Below, piece after piece: positions 49,977-59,117 of a stretch of DNA of 64,000 nt. The translations under genes and the position numbers were made by a program. The stretch's first letter is position 1. Each line of letters begins with the position of its first letter. The stretch is taken from positions 186,001-250,000 of the IMG/VR virus record IMGVR_UViG_3300035665_000001. One strand, written 5' to 3'. Below the pieces are notes generated by a model. The model worked only from the letters and a program-made list of their open reading frames with translations. It did no database searches and was not told the origin of the DNA.

Positions 49977-50944
49977 AACAAAACCAATTTTGCAATTGGG
50001 GTGAGTTTAATAAATTCACCCCAATGTTTCCAATCTCTTTCAGCTGATATAGTTTTTACAAACACTTTTGATCTTGAATTGAGGTCGGCAATCAAATCCT
50101 CATCAAATAATATTTTATCATCTTTTAATAATGAAATAGCTAATTGTTTCCATTCATCGTCAGAAAATTTAAAAAAATCTAAATATTTTGGATTCTCAAC
50201 GTATAAATCTGACATATTTTTAATAACTACTTGACCAATAGCTGTTGATGATATTCTCACAAATGGCAATATCTTTTCTAATGATCTGGATGATAAATTT
50301 CGTAAAAATGGATAGGTATAAACTGATAGTCCTGTCAATACTTTACCATCTCTTATAATACCCATTTTTATATAAAAATCAATAGTTTCATCTTCTCTAT
50401 CAAGTGAACGACAATTCAATAATATTGATGCCACCCAATTATTGTCAATGATGGGATAGTTTTTAACACCGTAAGTTTTAACCAACCATTCCATTGCAGG
50501 TAAATTGTGAAATTTATAAAACAATTGAAAGTATTTTATATCACTGAAATTTGTTAATTTATTTTCCTTGTATAACTTATCAAGTATTGGTACAACATTG
50601 GGATCATCATACTTTATACTTGATAAATCGGCATCAAAGAAAAATTTACGCAATTCTGGTGTAAATTTATCAATGGTTAATTTTTTTAACATTGCCGCAG
50701 TTATTGAATATCTACCCTTTGGTGTTTTTTTGATTTCTATACCATTTGCTTTTAAGGCTGATACAATAATTTCGACTTTTTTATTGAATTCATCGATTTT
50801 TAGATTTGATGTGTAATTGTTTCCTCGTCCAAAATAATCCAATATTTCTTCACGCAATCCACATTGTGAATTTCTAAAGGTTTCTAACCATTCGATTATG
50901 TTTAATCTTCCAGAAAGGGGTAAACTTAATAATTTTGATGCCAT
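49973..50944 (-). CDS. Hypothetical helical protein with C-terminal tag
   Basis: 323-aa ORF ending KLTPIAKLVLF; GATAAATA upstream. Confidence 0.6.
   Translation of the reverse strand: MASKLLSLPLSGRLNIIEWLETFRNSQCGLREEILDYFGRGNNYTSNLKIDEFNKKVEIIVSALKANGIEIKKTPKGRYSITAAMLKKLTIDKFTPELRKFFFDADLSSIKYDDPNVVPILDKLYKENKLTNFSDIKYFQLFYKFHNLPAMEWLVKTYGVKNYPIIDNNWVASILLNCRSLDREDETIDFYIKMGIIRDGKVLTGLSVYTYPFLRNLSSRSLEKILPFVRISSTAIGQVVIKNMSDLYVENPKYLDFFKFSDDEWKQLAISLLKDDKILFDEDLIADLNSRSKVFVKTISAERDWKHWGEFIKLTPIAKLVLF
49995..50025. terminator. Hairpin at the convergence of the fbp operon and the 49973 gene
   Basis: ATTGGGGTGA / TCACCCCAAT stem; lies inside the 3' end of the minus-strand CDS; weak U tract. 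Confidence 0.35.
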
Positions 50945-51080
50945 GCAGATTTCTCCAAACGTAATGATTATATTTAATTATACTAAAATAATTTATACTA
51001 AAACAGTATTTATCCTCACATTTTTAAAAATAATGAATAAAAATGGGATAAATAAATTCATATTTAAGGAGATAAATACT

Positions 51081-51299
51081 ATGATAGATGGTTATAATTT
51101 ATTTTTACAAAATTTAGAATCAAAATATCCTGAGGTATATTTCAAACTTTGTAGTTTACCACAGGCATCGATATATGGTATTATTAATGGGTTTCAATCA
51201 TCGAATGTTAATTTTAATGATGAGGATAAGGTTGTCACTTATTTTAAAAACATACCATCATTGCGAGAATATACTGAAATTGAATTTAAAATCAAATAG
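51081..51299 (+). CDS. Hypothetical protein
   Basis: AAGGAG RBS before ATG 51081, inside track ORF 50898-51299. Confidence 0.55.
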   Translation: MIDGYNLFLQNLESKYPEVYFKLCSLPQASIYGIINGFQSSNVNFNDEDKVVTYFKNIPSLREYTEIEFKIK

Positions 51300-51315
51300 C
51301 CGTTGGAGATAAAAT

Positions 51316-51990
51316 ATGGTTGATAATATCACGAATGTTGAACATACAATTAATTATTTTAGAAAGAATTACATAAGTGATGGATTGGAAATAAATTATC
51401 AACTTGTTGGTTCGGAAAAATTAAAATTTAAAATACCAAAAAACGAATATGGTTTAATAACTCAAAAATTAAAAGCTGACAATATTGATTTTGAAGTAAT
51501 CCCATCCGATAGAAAAATGGAATTGGAATTTCAGCAATATGATGGTTTTCAGTTATTGACAAAAACGTTTAAAATGGATATATATTTTGTTGAGTATGCA
51601 GCACTTAAAAATGTTGAAAATATTCATAATTCCACGGATTTAAACATTAAAAATTGGTCTGATTTTTTTGATCTAATTGATCCGGAGTATCGCAATTTAT
51701 TGCTTCATATTATAAATGGTGTGCCTATAGCAACTCATAAAAATGAATACAATAAGGTCATTTCGAAGAAAGTATATTGGATTGATCCCAAAGATGGTTT
51801 ATTTGAAAAGAAAGAAAAATTGGTAAATGATGAGTGGAAAGTTACTTATCAATTGGTTACAAATAATTTACACCAAATATTTAAAATGTTTTTTAAATAT
51901 TTTGATGAAATTCCATTTAATGAGTTAGCCGATTTTGAAAAATTCAAAGAAATTGTTGCCAACACAAAATATAAAACTTATTTGTATTAA
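51316..51990 (+). CDS. Hypothetical protein
   Basis: 224-aa ORF with GGAG RBS. Confidence 0.65.
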   Translation: MVDNITNVEHTINYFRKNYISDGLEINYQLVGSEKLKFKIPKNEYGLITQKLKADNIDFEVIPSDRKMELEFQQYDGFQLLTKTFKMDIYFVEYAALKNVENIHNSTDLNIKNWSDFFDLIDPEYRNLLLHIINGVPIATHKNEYNKVISKKVYWIDPKDGLFEKKEKLVNDEWKVTYQLVTNNLHQIFKMFFKYFDEIPFNELADFEKFKEIVANTKYKTYLY

Positions 51991-52048
51991 AAAATATTTT
52001 TTGAGTAAATAAAGGAATGTTGAAATACTTTATAAAGGATAGTGTTAT

Positions 52049-53608
52049 ATGACTTATACTGAAAATGATCTAATTTATTATAAAAACCACCCAGAACATA
52101 TAACGTCGGAACTTGATCACGATTTATTATTAGCATTAATATCTTATAACGTTGAAAATATGTCGCGTATTAAGAAACAAACCACCGAATTTATAAGTGC
52201 AGCTTATGATATAAGTCATTCAGTTTTTAAATATATTGATTTCAGTGAAGTATCTATTCACTTTTTAGAAATTGCAATATCAAATAACCCTACATTTATT
52301 CAATACCTATATTCACCAAGCCCAGAAATAATTAAATTAGCATTATCGAAAGACATCAACGTGTTTATGTATGTTGAGAAATACTTGGATGCTAGTATGT
52401 TTGAATGGTTGTTATCACAAAATGGATTGATGTTAGAATATGTCCCGGCAGAAATACAAACTGAAAAAATGGTATTGATAGCATTAAAAGAAAATGTACA
52501 GTCGTATAAATTTGCACATATAAAAACAAAAGAAACAGATATTTGTTTAATTAATATCGACCAAACAAAAATAAGTTGGATAACTGGTTTTTGGACAGAA
52601 TTAGTTAAACCGATAATTGAATATAATCCTTTATACATCGCCAAATTTTTCGATACCCCTGAAATATTAACCAATGATATTGTAAAAATGGCATTAAGAA
52701 AAAACCCAAAAATTTATAAAATTCTACCAAATCCAAACCCAGAATTAAAATTGTATGCCGCTGAATTGGATATTTCTTTACTTGAACACATGAAATTTGA
52801 CAGAACACTGATTGAACATATTGTTTCTAAAAACGGGTTAGCTCTTAAATATGTAAAGAAAAAAGATTTGTATATAATAAAAATAGCAATTTTACAAAAT
52901 GTATTTTCACTCGATTATGTTGTAAATGTTGATAGACCTAGACAATTTCTTATTGATTATGCGTTTAAGCATGATGGTGCTGCATTAAAATATATGACGT
53001 CACCTACATACAAACAATGTTTAGACGCAGTTACTAGAAATCCATTGGCAATTCAATTTGTTCCAGCGTTACATAACACTGAAGAGATACAATTGGTGGC
53101 GTTGCATGGTGGGAAATATGAAGTGGTACAGTATATTTCTACACCTGCATCAAATGTGGTTATTTTGGCAATGATTGAATGTGATCCAAGTTATATATTT
53201 AAAATTCCAAATCCAACAAAAGAAATATATAAACTTGCGTTTAAACATGATGGTCGATTGATGATGCAATTTCCAAATTGGAATAATAAATTTGATCCTG
53301 ATGTTATTTCTGTTGCACTTAGTCAAGATGGTGAAATATTTGAATATGTTGAACGCAAAACTAAAACTTACGCGACTGTCGCAATTAGTCAATATCCACC
53401 AGCGATACAATGGGTTATATTCCAGGATTTAGAATTAGCTACTTTAGCGGTAAATTTAGATCCAAGAACGATATTTTTCGTCGATAAAAGTATATTAGAT
53501 AAAAAATTATTTGAAACTGCACTTACATTAGATCCAGACTTTTTTGAACATACAGCTGGTGAGATGACATGGGATGAATGGTTGAAAATAATTACACCAA
53601 TACAATAA
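52049..53608 (+). CDS. DUF4116-like tandem repeat protein
   Basis: Many roughly 24-aa units such as LSQNGLMLEYVP, VSKNGLALKYVK, FKHDGAALKYMT, VTRNPLAIQFVP. Confidence 0.75.
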   Translation: MTYTENDLIYYKNHPEHITSELDHDLLLALISYNVENMSRIKKQTTEFISAAYDISHSVFKYIDFSEVSIHFLEIAISNNPTFIQYLYSPSPEIIKLALSKDINVFMYVEKYLDASMFEWLLSQNGLMLEYVPAEIQTEKMVLIALKENVQSYKFAHIKTKETDICLINIDQTKISWITGFWTELVKPIIEYNPLYIAKFFDTPEILTNDIVKMALRKNPKIYKILPNPNPELKLYAAELDISLLEHMKFDRTLIEHIVSKNGLALKYVKKKDLYIIKIAILQNVFSLDYVVNVDRPRQFLIDYAFKHDGAALKYMTSPTYKQCLDAVTRNPLAIQFVPALHNTEEIQLVALHGGKYEVVQYISTPASNVVILAMIECDPSYIFKIPNPTKEIYKLAFKHDGRLMMQFPNWNNKFDPDVISVALSQDGEIFEYVERKTKTYATVAISQYPPAIQWVIFQDLELATLAVNLDPRTIFFVDKSILDKKLFETALTLDPDFFEHTAGEMTWDEWLKIITPIQ

Positions 53609-53627
53609 CAAAGAAGGAAATCAAACA

Positions 53628-54155
53628 ATGAAATTAGGTAAATTAAGTGAAAGTTTTACAAATCCAGATACATTTTTTCTGAAATTGTATCAGACTGAAG
53701 ATTTGTCAAATTGTACAACATTAAATGAAACCAAAGAAACTATATCTACCATATTTGCAGCCGCAGATACTTATGCAGTTAATAATAAGTTTAAACACAA
53801 ATATTTTGATTTGGCACATACTCCCCTGTGGGAAAATTTAGAAATTGAAAAACACCATTTTATTTTAAAAGGTTTTGATGCGTTTATTGCGATCGATTTA
53901 ACTGAAAATTTGCATGACATTAGACCATTTGTATTGGTTCAACACAATAATGTTGAAGATTTGGAATATGGGCATCGAATTGAAATCACTGAAGAATTTA
54001 TAAATTCTATGGTTGTATTTCAGAAAGAACTTTTTTTAGAAGCATTACATAGATTTGAAAGTGAAACTGTGGAAACATTAAAGGCTGTTTGGAAGGTTGA
54101 ACAGCAAAGAATAGATAAATGGGTTAAAACTTGTAAAATTGATTTGAATTCGTAA
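53628..54155 (+). CDS. Hypothetical protein
   Basis: 175-aa ORF; N-terminus MKLGKLSES. Confidence 0.6.
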   Translation: MKLGKLSESFTNPDTFFLKLYQTEDLSNCTTLNETKETISTIFAAADTYAVNNKFKHKYFDLAHTPLWENLEIEKHHFILKGFDAFIAIDLTENLHDIRPFVLVQHNNVEDLEYGHRIEITEEFINSMVVFQKELFLEALHRFESETVETLKAVWKVEQQRIDKWVKTCKIDLNS

Positions 54156-54170
54156 ATCAGTGTAGTATAA

Positions 54171-54485
54171 TTGGTATTTAATTATACAAATAGGATAAAC
54201 ATGGAAATCTTGGATATTTCAACAGTTCGTGAAAAAACTATCAATTCACAACCCATTGAAAAAGAATATGATACTATGATTTCTGACTGGAATAATATCA
54301 TTGATTGGACATCTAATAATCACTTTGGATATACTAAAATTTGGTTTTATGAGCATCAACTCGAAGAATTAGAAACTGATATTTTACATGTTTCTAATTT
54401 GTATAGGGTTGGTGGTTATAAAGTGAGTGACATCGGGTTTGATAAATACTTCTCTTATTATTTTGTAGAGATATCGTGGGCATGA
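54171..54485 (+). CDS. Hypothetical protein
   Basis: About 100-aa ORF. Confidence 0.5.
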   Translation: MVFNYTNRINMEILDISTVREKTINSQPIEKEYDTMISDWNNIIDWTSNNHFGYTKIWFYEHQLEELETDILHVSNLYRVGGYKVSDIGFDKYFSYYFVEISWA

Positions 54486-54952
54486 CAATATTTCTTGATA
54501 AAATCAAAGATTTGTTAACTGTACAGAAAAACATTATAATTTCTGATATTACCCCAGTTATACATGTGGCCCATATAACTAACAATGGGTATCTACATTT
54601 GGGAATTGAATTTCATGAGGAGTTACAGGTAAGAATGTTATATCATGGTTTTAAACCAAATAATGTGTGGCAGTTATCACTTACGGGGTTATTTGACGAA
54701 CATGAAAACATAATCACTTATATATCGGAACATTATTTAACCATACAGGTAACAAATAATCGGTGGTATCAATTAGATTTATTCACCGATAATGAGGTAA
54801 GTGATTACAGTTTAACTATCGAAAGTATTGAATTCTCGAAAGTAGTTAAGTCACTATTACAGTTATCAGAAGAAAAAACAATCCATTTAAGAGTTAGAAT
54901 TGGTGAGTCAAATTGGTCAGAAATAGTGAAATTTGATGTTTCAAAAATTTAG
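54476..54952 (+). CDS. Hypothetical protein
   Basis: About 155-aa ORF. Confidence 0.5.
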   Translation: MGMTIFLDKIKDLLTVQKNIIISDITPVIHVAHITNNGYLHLGIEFHEELQVRMLYHGFKPNNVWQLSLTGLFDEHENIITYISEHYLTIQVTNNRWYQLDLFTDNEVSDYSLTIESIEFSKVVKSLLQLSEEKTIHLRVRIGESNWSEIVKFDVSKI

Positions 54953-55176
54953 GAACCAAATTATCTACCTAAGAGGAGATTAAACTCAATGAATCATAAT
55001 CGTGTTTTGATGGTGTATGAACAATCTAAGAAAAAATTACTACCTCACAATATCACTAAAATATGGGAATATATTTCTCATCACATTCCAACTAAAAAAA
55101 TACCAGTTAAAACTTTTTTATCACCAAAAAATATTGTAAAATTGTTATCATCAACAATAAAATAGGATATTAAATT

Positions 55177-55470
55177 ATGGCTAAGAAAGACACAACCACA
55201 TCTACATCTAAAAGTGCCACACCTAAAAAAAATGATTTATTCACCAAAATGAGAAAAAACATTCTTAAAAAGAATGAAGATGCAATGTTAGATTTAACGG
55301 AACCTACTGTTTGGGCATCATCTGGAAATTATGTATTAAATCATATTTTGAGTGGTAGATTTCATAGAGGTTATCCTTCTGGAAGAATTGTACAAATTTT
55401 TGGTGATTCTGGGTGTTTATTGCCACATGAAAAAATAAAAGTGTATGAATTCAAATCAAATATTGTATGA
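55177..55470 (+). CDS. recA: RecA/UvsX fragment 1: N-terminus to mid-Walker A plus 18-aa split-intein N-half
   Basis: SSGNYVLNHILSG..GYPSGRIVQIFGDSG|CLLPHEKIKVYEFKSNIV*; IntN 55414-55467. Confidence 0.85.
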   Translation: MAKKDTTTSTSKSATPKKNDLFTKMRKNILKKNEDAMLDLTEPTVWASSGNYVLNHILSGRFHRGYPSGRIVQIFGDSGCLLPHEKIKVYEFKSNIV

Positions 55471-55533
55471 AATACTTGTTAAATTATTATAAAACTAACA
55501 ATCAAAAAATAAAAAACTTTATTGGAGAACAAA

Positions 55534-56856
55534 ATGATTGAAAACAATGTTAGAGAATTAACTGATAAAGAAAAATTACTGGAATTAAAAGAATGGTATT
55601 CCTCTGATGAATTATCAAAATCCCTTGATGTTACTGAAGAAATGCTTGGTAATTTTTTAAATGATAAAAGTTCTTTTACATTAACAAATTCTGAGAAATT
55701 GAACGATTTTTTTAATAACCATGTTCATGAAAATTCAAAATTTGAAATGATTAAAAATGTTTATGGTTTGTGGGAAACTGATGAAAAACAATTTATGGTT
55801 GATACTCCTGATGGGTTTCAATTTGTTAGTGAATTTATTCATAAAGATTCAAGAAGTTGCTTTGACTTAAGAACCGATAATTTTCATATTGAATGTTCGG
55901 GTGACCATTTGATTGAAACTGATAAAGGTTGGGTGAAAACTGAAGATATTGTAGTTGGTTCAAAAGTGTTAACCCGTGTTGGTTTTGAGGAAGTTAAATC
56001 AAATGCACAACTTAGTGATAGTGATGTTTACGATATGACTGTTGAACATGATAATCATCGATATTGGGGTGGTGCCGGTATTTCATCACATAATTCTGGT
56101 AAATCTTTTCTTATGGCTAAAGCGATTGTTGAGGCTCAAAAAGAAGGTTATATGGTGGCAGTATTAGATTCGGAACAAGCGGTTTCACAGGATTATTTGA
56201 AAAAAATTGGGGTTGATTTAGACCCATCAATGTTAATGACTGTGCAGGTACAAACAGTTGAACAAACTCAAGATATGCTTCTAGAAGTTTTGGAAGGTGT
56301 TAAGGAAGAACAAGAAGCTTTAGGAAATACCAAAGAACTAAAATTATTACTGATTGTTGATTCCATTGGTATGCTTTCATCTGGAAAAGCACTAGCAAAT
56401 GCTGAAGCTGGACATCACGCGGCTGATATGGGTACTAAAGCAAAAGCATTAACCAATATGTTCAACCAAATTGTACAAAAAGTTGGTATTACTGAAACTG
56501 TTTGTTTAGTAACTAATCATGGAGCATTAGAAGTTGGAGTTATGTTCCCACAACTCAAACCAAAAGGTGGACAATGTTTAGTAGCAGGTACAAAAGTACA
56601 AACTGATAAAGGTTATAAAAATATTGAAGAAATCCAAGTTGGTGATATGGTGAGAACACACTTGAACCAAATTAAACCTGTTGAAAAATTATTTAGTTTC
56701 GATAATCTTGATATTCTTAATTTTGAATTAGAAACAGGACAAAACATTAAAATGTCGAAGGATCATAAAATGTTAGTTTTGCGAAATGGTGAAAAATTGT
56801 GGTTGGAAGCTCAATTTATAACTACTTATGATTCATTGTTAGCACTTGATGTTTAA
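55534..56856 (+). CDS. recA: RecA/UvsX fragment 2: IntC(187 aa) - ATPase core - IntN(93 aa)
   Basis: GGAG RBS; ..CSGDHL..YDMTV..ISSHN|SGKS..LDSE..IVDSIG..VTNH..KGGQ|CLVAGTKV..SKDHK. Confidence 0.9.
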   Translation: MIENNVRELTDKEKLLELKEWYSSDELSKSLDVTEEMLGNFLNDKSSFTLTNSEKLNDFFNNHVHENSKFEMIKNVYGLWETDEKQFMVDTPDGFQFVSEFIHKDSRSCFDLRTDNFHIECSGDHLIETDKGWVKTEDIVVGSKVLTRVGFEEVKSNAQLSDSDVYDMTVEHDNHRYWGGAGISSHNSGKSFLMAKAIVEAQKEGYMVAVLDSEQAVSQDYLKKIGVDLDPSMLMTVQVQTVEQTQDMLLEVLEGVKEEQEALGNTKELKLLLIVDSIGMLSSGKALANAEAGHHAADMGTKAKALTNMFNQIVQKVGITETVCLVTNHGALEVGVMFPQLKPKGGQCLVAGTKVQTDKGYKNIEEIQVGDMVRTHLNQIKPVEKLFSFDNLDILNFELETGQNIKMSKDHKMLVLRNGEKLWLEAQFITTYDSLLALDV

Positions 56857-56870
56857 TAATTAAATGGATT

Positions 56871-56901
56871 GGGGTGGATATTGAAATCCACCCCATTTTT
56901 T
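56871..56901 (+). terminator. Intrinsic terminator after RecA fragment 2
   Basis: GGGGTGGA / TCCACCCC stem followed by a T run. Confidence 0.75.
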
Positions 56902-57397
56902 TATTGTACAGCCCCATATCTAGAACCAGTAACCAACCATGTAATTGAACTGTTTCCACTTATTGATGCACCACCTGAACCACCACCTGAACCCATATCG
57001 TTGTATGATGTTTTACCACCGCCACCACCACAGATTGCACCTGCTTGACCTGTAAATGCTGAACCGCCTGTACCTGCTGTCCTACCATATGAGTTAGAAC
57101 CATTAGTTCCGTATGTCGCACCTATCCAGTTTTCAGTACCACTTCCCCATGGTGAAGCACCACCAGCACCACCTTGAGTTTGTGTACCACTGTTACCATT
57201 ACCACCAGCGGCATAACCAAAACTTGTTTCCGTTCCACCTGATGCAGGTGAATTATTCGAATCGGACTGTCTAGCAGTTGTTTCTGCAGCTAAATTAGTA
57301 GTTAAAGTTGCATCTGCAGCTTGTCTCGCAGTTACCTCATTTGCAATATTGGTAGCAACAACACTACCGATTTTTTTTTAAATATTGAATCGACCAT
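56901..57397 (-). pseudogene. Frameshifted Gly-rich tail-fibre-like ORF (about 165 aa if shifted -1 at A9)
   Basis: AGGAG RBS, then MVDSIFKKK / IGSVVATNIANEVTARQAADATLTTNLAAETTARQ..GGAGGAS..CGGGGG..GSGGGSGG..AVQ*; T9 run at 57371-57379; GC-richer than flanks; absent from the ORF track. Confidence 0.6.
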
Positions 57398-57477
57398 TTG
57401 TATCTCCTATTTAATAACTATTAAAAATCGGTATGATTTTTTGAATGAATCCACTTGTGTGGAATATGTTATATTTA

Positions 57478-57789
57478 TCAAATAGTATCATTTTGCGGAA
57501 CTAAATTTCGTTCTAAAACACCCCATTTATGTAATCTTCTTAGTTCTGCAGAATGATCACGGCAGCAGGTTTTATTAAATCCAGCACCAATTGACACAAA
57601 TTTTGTTACTTTATTACATTTTGGATGTTGACATATATTGCTGTCTGGATGATAAAATAAATAAATTTTTGCATCTGTCGGTGTACCTTCAAAAAGTTTG
57701 GAATCCTCACATTCATTTAACCATAACCCAACGTTATGTTTGAATCCTTTTTCTTTGTTTTTTATAAAATATGTTTCAAAATTATTCAT
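57478..57789 (-). CDS. Truncated homing-endonuclease-like N-terminal fragment (Cys motif)
   Basis: CQHPKCNKVTKFVSIGAGFNKTCC resembles the Zn-binding N-domains of phage free-standing endonucleases; no nuclease domain. Confidence 0.4.
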   Translation of the reverse strand: MNNFETYFIKNKEKGFKHNVGLWLNECEDSKLFEGTPTDAKIYLFYHPDSNICQHPKCNKVTKFVSIGAGFNKTCCRDHSAELRRLHKWGVLERNLVPQNDTI

Positions 57790-57945
57790 TTGTTTTTTTC
57801 TCCTGAAAATAATATAGTATTATACATTAAGTGACAATTCATCTTATTATCGAGTGATAGGCAAAAAATAAATTTTTAAGATTTTACTTTTATCTCATTT
57901 GATTGTAAAATAATAGTTAATAACCATTCACTAAAGGAGTATTTT

Positions 57946-58614
57946 ATGAACTCAAATGAGTTTTTAGTCGATTCAAATTATAAACCAGTTAAGATTAAAT
58001 CTATTACCCCTGTGGCAATAGAAAAAACTTATGATTTTCAAGTTGCTGACGATCATAGTTTTTTATTAGAAAATAATATAATTTCAAGTAATTGTATGGA
58101 ATTTGTACCATCAATTTCTTTGCGTGTAACTAAAGGTAAGATTAAACCCACTGATTTGGCAGAATTAGAATATTTGTATGATGGTGGAATACCAAAACAT
58201 TTGGGTGCTTTAGGGATTGTATCGAGAATTGAATTGTATAAATCCCGATTTACCCGACCTTTTAGAAAGGTACAATTGATGATTCCATACGATTTTGGAT
58301 TACCTGAATATGCGGGATTATTTGATTATCTCAAAGATAATGGTATAATTATTGAAAATGGTAGAAAAGGTTATTATAATTGTACTGAGGTACAATTTGA
58401 AAAAGATTTTACTAGAAAAGATTTTATTAAAGGTGGTTGGGCTGATTTAATTATGGAACATTTATTAGCTGAGGAAACCAAAGGTAGAATTTATGATTTT
58501 ATTATGAAATCTAGTGATGATGATGCCCGAGAAAAAGAACAAGGATTAGATTCAATTGATGACTCTTACATTGAAGATGATGATATGGATGAATCGGAAT
58601 TTAATGTTGAATAA
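57946..58614 (+). CDS. recA: RecA/UvsX fragment 3: IntC(49 aa) plus C-terminal domain with acidic tail
   Basis: AAGGAG RBS; VKIKSI..TYDFQVADDHSFLLENNIISSN|CMEFVPSISL..KSRFTRPFR. Confidence 0.88.
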   Translation: MNSNEFLVDSNYKPVKIKSITPVAIEKTYDFQVADDHSFLLENNIISSNCMEFVPSISLRVTKGKIKPTDLAELEYLYDGGIPKHLGALGIVSRIELYKSRFTRPFRKVQLMIPYDFGLPEYAGLFDYLKDNGIIIENGRKGYYNCTEVQFEKDFTRKDFIKGGWADLIMEHLLAEETKGRIYDFIMKSSDDDAREKEQGLDSIDDSYIEDDDMDESEFNVE

Positions 58615-58632
58615 CCATAGTGAGAAAAAAAT

Positions 58633-59079
58633 ATGTTTAGAGTAGTTTCAATTAATGGTACTATGAATGATATTTTTAATGAAGGGAGTTTTCTCGTTGA
58701 AGAAGCTTTCTTCTTCACTATTAAATCAACTTCATATTACAATGTTTATAATAAAAGAGAAGAACTTATTGGTGTGATTCCTGATGGATACAACTTATTC
58801 TTTAAAGTTGAGGAACATGATAATTTTGAAGAAATTGATATGTTTAATGTGCTCAGATTATTTGAAATGGGTGAAGAATTTCAAATTGTTGGAACTATTA
58901 GTAATAGTCAACAGGTTAAATTGATTTCAAGTAATATTATTAAAGAATTTAGATTGGTCGATGATGATGTTATTAATATTCCATTTACTAATAAGGCATT
59001 TGATTCTGAGGGAATCATCGTATTCAAAAATATGGTATCATTGGCTGAATCTATTAAATTAGAAAATGATTCACATTGA
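58633..59079 (+). CDS. Hypothetical protein
   Basis: 148-aa ORF. Confidence 0.6.
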   Translation: MFRVVSINGTMNDIFNEGSFLVEEAFFFTIKSTSYYNVYNKREELIGVIPDGYNLFFKVEEHDNFEEIDMFNVLRLFEMGEEFQIVGTISNSQQVKLISSNIIKEFRLVDDDVINIPFTNKAFDSEGIIVFKNMVSLAESIKLENDSH

Positions 59080-59117
59080 TTGTGTTATTAAAAAATTATA
59101 TTGGTTGGTGATAAATA

